Origin: the human T2T-CHM13v2.0 reference genome, Homo sapiens
Direction: 5' to 3'
Assembly: GCA_009914755.4 (NCBI GenBank)
Contig: CP086569.2
Span: 16,576,001-16,640,000 of the forward strand
DNA length: 64,000 bases
A program made the position numbers and the translations under genes. Positions within the stretch are counted from its first letter, which is position 1. Each line of letters begins with the position of its first letter. The notes beneath the pieces are model-generated. The model saw nothing but the letters and a program-made list of their open reading frames with translations. It searched no databases and was not told where the DNA came from. This document shows positions 63,351-64,000 of this stretch, in pieces.

Positions 63351-64000
63351 TCTGTCACTCTCCCTTTATAAAAGTTTTTAGTATCTGTTGTTTTCATCAT
63401 CTGTGTTCATGCATACACATTGTATACCTCGAGCTTGTAAGCGAAAACATGCAGTATTTGAATTTCTGTTTCTGCATTAATTCACTTAGACCAATGACCT
63501 CTAGCACTATTCTGTAGAACTCCACTCTACAGAGAAGCTGCTCTTGGAACTGTTCTGCTCTCTGAAGACAACCCATGATGGAGTGGCAATAACATGGAGC
63601 TTTGTCTGACTTTATTCTTCTCTTTCCTATGTCCAATTTAATTCAGTTTCACTGAGTAAGTTATTTTCCCTAACTCCTTTTCTAGACCAATCCTTCTGTT
63701 ACAAATCATGACTGCATAATTCATAGCAGCTTAGCACTGATCATTTTTGGAGACCCAGAAGGTGATTATACATTGCAATGATTGTACTGCATTTTGCAAA
63801 TACATATGGTTAGTGCATTGCAGGATACCATGCATAAACCAAGGTGAATTTCCAAACATCACACAAGGACCTTTAGAAATTCACCTGATGCAAGAGCAAT
63901 TATGTGCTAATAACAGGAAAAACAAAATAAAAACAAAAACACACCTGTATAGTGAGAAGTCTTCATGGAAAACAAGTACTCCTCATACTAAGTTGGTAGT

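Overview
This window is primate (almost certainly human) nuclear genomic DNA, not a prokaryotic or phage locus. It is AT-rich and has no CpG-island-like segment. It is dominated by interspersed repeats:
- at least ten LINE-1 (L1) insertions or fragments, together roughly 40-45% of the window, including two full-length elements of about 6 kb and three elements whose 5' part is inverted (the twin-priming pattern);
- about fourteen Alu elements, one of them a very young AluY with a perfect target-site duplication (TSD);
- one HERV-H LTR7 solo LTR and several ERVL-MaLR-type LTRs (THE1/MST-like);
- many microsatellites: GATA/TCTA-type, (CA)n, (TA)n and a polypyrimidine (CTTT)n tract of about 260 bp.
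Every long ORF in the supplied six-frame track is a decayed L1 ORF1 or ORF2 fragment (reverse transcriptase, endonuclease, C-terminal domain) or a translation of a simple repeat. I could not recognise any host protein-coding exon, RNA gene, CRISPR array or defence/operon-like system. I found no undescribed biological system here.
What is worth a second look is structural:
- nested and rearranged L1 clusters at 1.3-7.8 kb and 40.8-49.6 kb;
- intact TSDs that prove single insertion events;
- an inverted-repeat pair of about 400 bp arms at 59.1-60.5 kb from an unidentified, probably ERV-LTR-like, family;
- an LTR7 with an extra internal tandem repeat;
- a long H-DNA-prone polypyrimidine tract.
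All repeat-family calls rest on my recall of consensus sequences, with no tools available. Boundaries are approximate to about 10-20 bp unless a TSD is given.
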